The position numbers and the translations under genes are program-made. A stretch of DNA of 64,000 bases, from positions 9,610,001-9,674,000 of the forward strand of contig JBHGNT010000012.1 in NCBI GenBank assembly GCA_043228905.1. Direction: 5' to 3'. The stretch comes from Azolla caroliniana (taxonomy: Eukaryota; Plantae; Polypodiophyta). Below the pieces are notes generated by a model that ran no database searches, had not been told where the DNA came from, and saw only the letters and a program-made list of their open reading frames with translations. Each line of letters opens with the position of its first letter. Positions within the stretch are counted from its first letter, which is position 1. Below, one piece after another: positions 61,010 through 64,000 of the stretch.

Positions 61010-64000
61010 TCAAGCATTAAATAGAGAGACCTCCCCTAATATGTGCTCATGAACCTCTTGGGGGACCTTGTAGACAGTGTTGTATCCCTTAACCTTGTGC
61101 TTTGCTTGAGTCATATTGAATTTGATCGCAAGAATGGCATCAACGTAGATTATTGCGATGGGTGCTTCTTTTAGTAATGCATATGTGTTCTTGCACTGCG
61201 GCAACTTTGCATAATAGTTTCCATACACGACAGACTCACCAACGTTGAAATTGTTGCCCCAACCATCCCTCACCACTTCTTTCAATAATGTCTTTCCTTG
61301 CTTGCACACCACAATGTAGTAGTCTTCTAAATCTTCATTCTGAGAATATTTGAGCACTGCAAAATGATCTCCAACTTCCAATAAAACTGCCAAGTCTTGA
61401 TTTTGGTTGTAGTATACAATATCGTTTGAATGCACATCCTCTTCAATATCATCTTGTAGTTCAGGCTCAAGCTTCTGCAGCTTCCAGGGCTCCACGATTG
61501 ATAGGTTGATGCATTTATCCCAAGCTTCATCTAGACACATGGAACAAAAGCATGATAAACTACGGAGTAACAATTGGGTTGTGTCCTTGCGGCAAAACCC
61601 TAACACACAATGGGTGCTGCATGTGCCTTTCACGGTTTTACAACCATATGATTTAGTTCTATCGACCTCATCAGCGCGAACTTCAACAAACAATCTGTTC
61701 TTACCATCATTTGACATCTTCCATGTTAGCCACTGCACAACATCATGTGCATTTTGTAACTTAGCGCCATTATTATCTAACTGCTCACTTGTAAGGGCAC
61801 GTTTGATCACAGCCCCCGCGCCATCATGCTCTCCTTTTCCATGTCCAGGCCCGAAGTAATTCCATTGCATACGAATATTGAATAAGGAGAAATACCTGCT
61901 TTGGTGAGTACAAGATGAGTACAATACTATGAGTACAACATGAGTAAATACTGATTTAGTACAATTCTCTTAAGGACGGACAATACTATGAGTACAAGAT
62001 GAGTACTTTATATCCTCCTGTAAACACAACATAGTACAGATACAACACACAACATAGTACAATGTGTCTATGGAGAACCCTTCACATGGATTAAAACATA
62101 ATTAGTACAATTCTCTTAAGGACGGACAATACTATAAGTACAAGATGAGTACTTTACATCCTTTTGTAAACACAACATAGTACAAAACCAACACACAACA
62201 TAGTACAATGTGTCTATGGAGAACCCTTCACATGGATTAATCGATACTTAGTACAATTCTCTTAAGGACGGACAATACTATGAGTACAAGATGAGTACTT
62301 TACATCCTCCTATAAACACAACATAGTACAGATAGGACACACAACATAGTACAATGTGTCTATGGAGAACCCTTCACATGGATTAATCGATACTTAGTAC
62401 AATTCTCTTAAGGACGGACAATACTATGAGTACAAGATGAGTACTTTACATCCTCCTGTAAACACAACATAGTACAGATAGGACACACAACATAGTACAA
62501 TGTGTCTATGGAGAACCCTTCACATGGATTAAAACATAATTAGTACAATTCTCTTAAGGACGGACAATACTATAAGTACAAGATGAGTACTTTACATCCT
62601 TTTGTAAACACAACATAGTACAAAACCAACACACAACATAGTACAATGTGTCTATGGAGAACCCTTCACCTGGATTAATCGATACTTAGTACAATTCTCT
62701 TAAGGACGGACAATACTATAAGTACAAGATGAGTACTTTACATCCTTTTGTAAACACAACATAGTACAGAACCAAACACAACATAGTACAATGTGTCTAT
62801 GGAGAACCCTTCACATGGATTAAAACATAATTAGTACAATTCTCTTAAGGACGGACAATACTATAAGTACAAGATGAGTACTTTACATCCTTTTGTAAAC
62901 ACAACATAGTACAAAACCAACACACAACATAGTACAATGTGTCTATGGAGAACCCTTCACATGGATTAATCGATACTTAGTACAATTCTCTTAAGGACGG
63001 ACAATACTATGAGTACAAGATGAGTACTTTACATCCTTTTGTAAACACAACATAGTACAGAACCAACACACAACATAGTACAATGTGTCTATGGAGAACA
63101 CTTCACATGGATTAAAAGTTACTTAGTACAACATAATACAAACAAAATTAGTATGCATGCATCCATTGACAAGTGCAAGATTCGAATAGTTAGAAACATA
63201 ATTAGTATGCATCGATGTGACTAGTACTGTTTGTTAATAGTTACAAACATAATTAGTATGCATCCACTAACACAAGATTTACTTCCTTACACATTGCATG
63301 ATAAGTATTAAACATATGGATTAAAAATTACCTGGTGATAAAGTAGAACGATCGTGCCGCCTTAAACTGCGAGGCAGCACCATCAGACCAAACCCAATGT
63401 AAGGTTAACCCTAGAGAAAATAAATCTGCATGGTGAAGCTTAAAACAATGTTGAACAAATAGTGTATCATGCTTTTTATCATCTGAAATGTAAAATATTG
63501 ATTTCTTATGTAACTCACCGTCTTGCCTCCAATAGCAAATATGTACAAGTATTGTACATTGATCATTGTACCAATGCATTGATTGAACCTCATTTTGAAC
63601 TTTAAATGTATAGTTTTCTGCAAAATCAATAACGGATACAATGACACCCGTTGGTAAGTTATTAATACATTCCTTGAACTGTGAATTTTGCCAATAACTC
63701 CGGAAGTTATGTGGAATAAACTCCCCAAGTTGTTTCTTAAATTCTGAGACAAGGGTAGCAGCACATGTCTCCTTATATACTTCCTTGATACGCTTAGTTA
63801 TAACTCCCTTGCCAATATTTTCAGTCACATACTCCAAATATTTCCATTTCACGATATGACTATTTCCCATATCAAGCTCCTGCCTACAAAATAATGGTAG
63901 CGGACAAACCTTACATGTTCTTAATAGACATGTACGACGATGCCACTCACATGATGGTTCTTTTTCACAAACACAAGACCTCCATAGCTCAGAAACGGAT
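61010..64000 (-). CDS. Sola2-like DDD transposase, spliced (exons >64000-63332 and 61895-61010), 5'-partial
   Basis: Cys-rich N-terminal part (frame open to the window edge), DFAENY..QSMHW, SDDKKHD, WSDGAASQFK, YFGPGHGKGEHDGAG and CFCSMC. GT-AG intron 63331-61896 restores the frame (ITR|YFSLF). Confidence 0.85.
61955..63130. repeat. Intronic satellite, about 8 x 146 bp, AGTAC-rich
   Basis: acaattctcttaaggacggac at 61961, 62107, 62253, 62399, 62545, 62691, 62836 and 62982. Confidence 0.93.

Larger units (their letters stand above)
53376..64000 (-). mobile_element. Putative large Sola2-type DNA transposon (left part; right end outside the window)
   Basis: Sola2-like transposase. The LTR fragment breaks off just before a GGG start (tcaa|GGGATGGGTCGAAG). 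Subterminal direct repeat tacgtcacactcgaa twice (53497, 53527). The boundary is inferred. Confidence 0.6.

Overview
Eukaryotic, almost certainly land-plant DNA: TTTAGGG-like repeats, plant-type tRNA-Leu/His/Trp/iMet sequences, and GT-AG introns. The TE lineages suggest a non-seed plant (inference). The window is a gene-poor nest of transposons and tRNA-derived tandem arrays. From left to right: (1) a decayed Ty3/gypsy element (1-15750, minus), interrupted by an endonuclease-less Penelope-like retroelement (PLE, 4789-10164) that sits exactly between two near-identical 3139-bp direct repeats. The PLE carries a Pro/Asn-rich ORF1, a predicted -1 frameshift into an intact RT, a minimal hammerhead ribozyme and a telomere-repeat 3' module. 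(2) A 12-copy tRNA-Leu(TAG) array. (3) A tRNA-His(GTG)-derived higher-order array interrupted by a full-length tRNA-Trp-primed gypsy and by a copia that itself contains a young chromovirus. (4) LTR, LINE and gypsy remnants. (5) The left part of a large Sola2-type DNA transposon with a spliced transposase, a convergent spliced coiled-coil/RING-H2 gene and AGTAC-rich intronic satellites. The strongest candidates for an undescribed system are the EN-less PLE with its giant duplication and the Sola2-RING element. All calls were made by eye from the sequence and ORF track; no searches were run.
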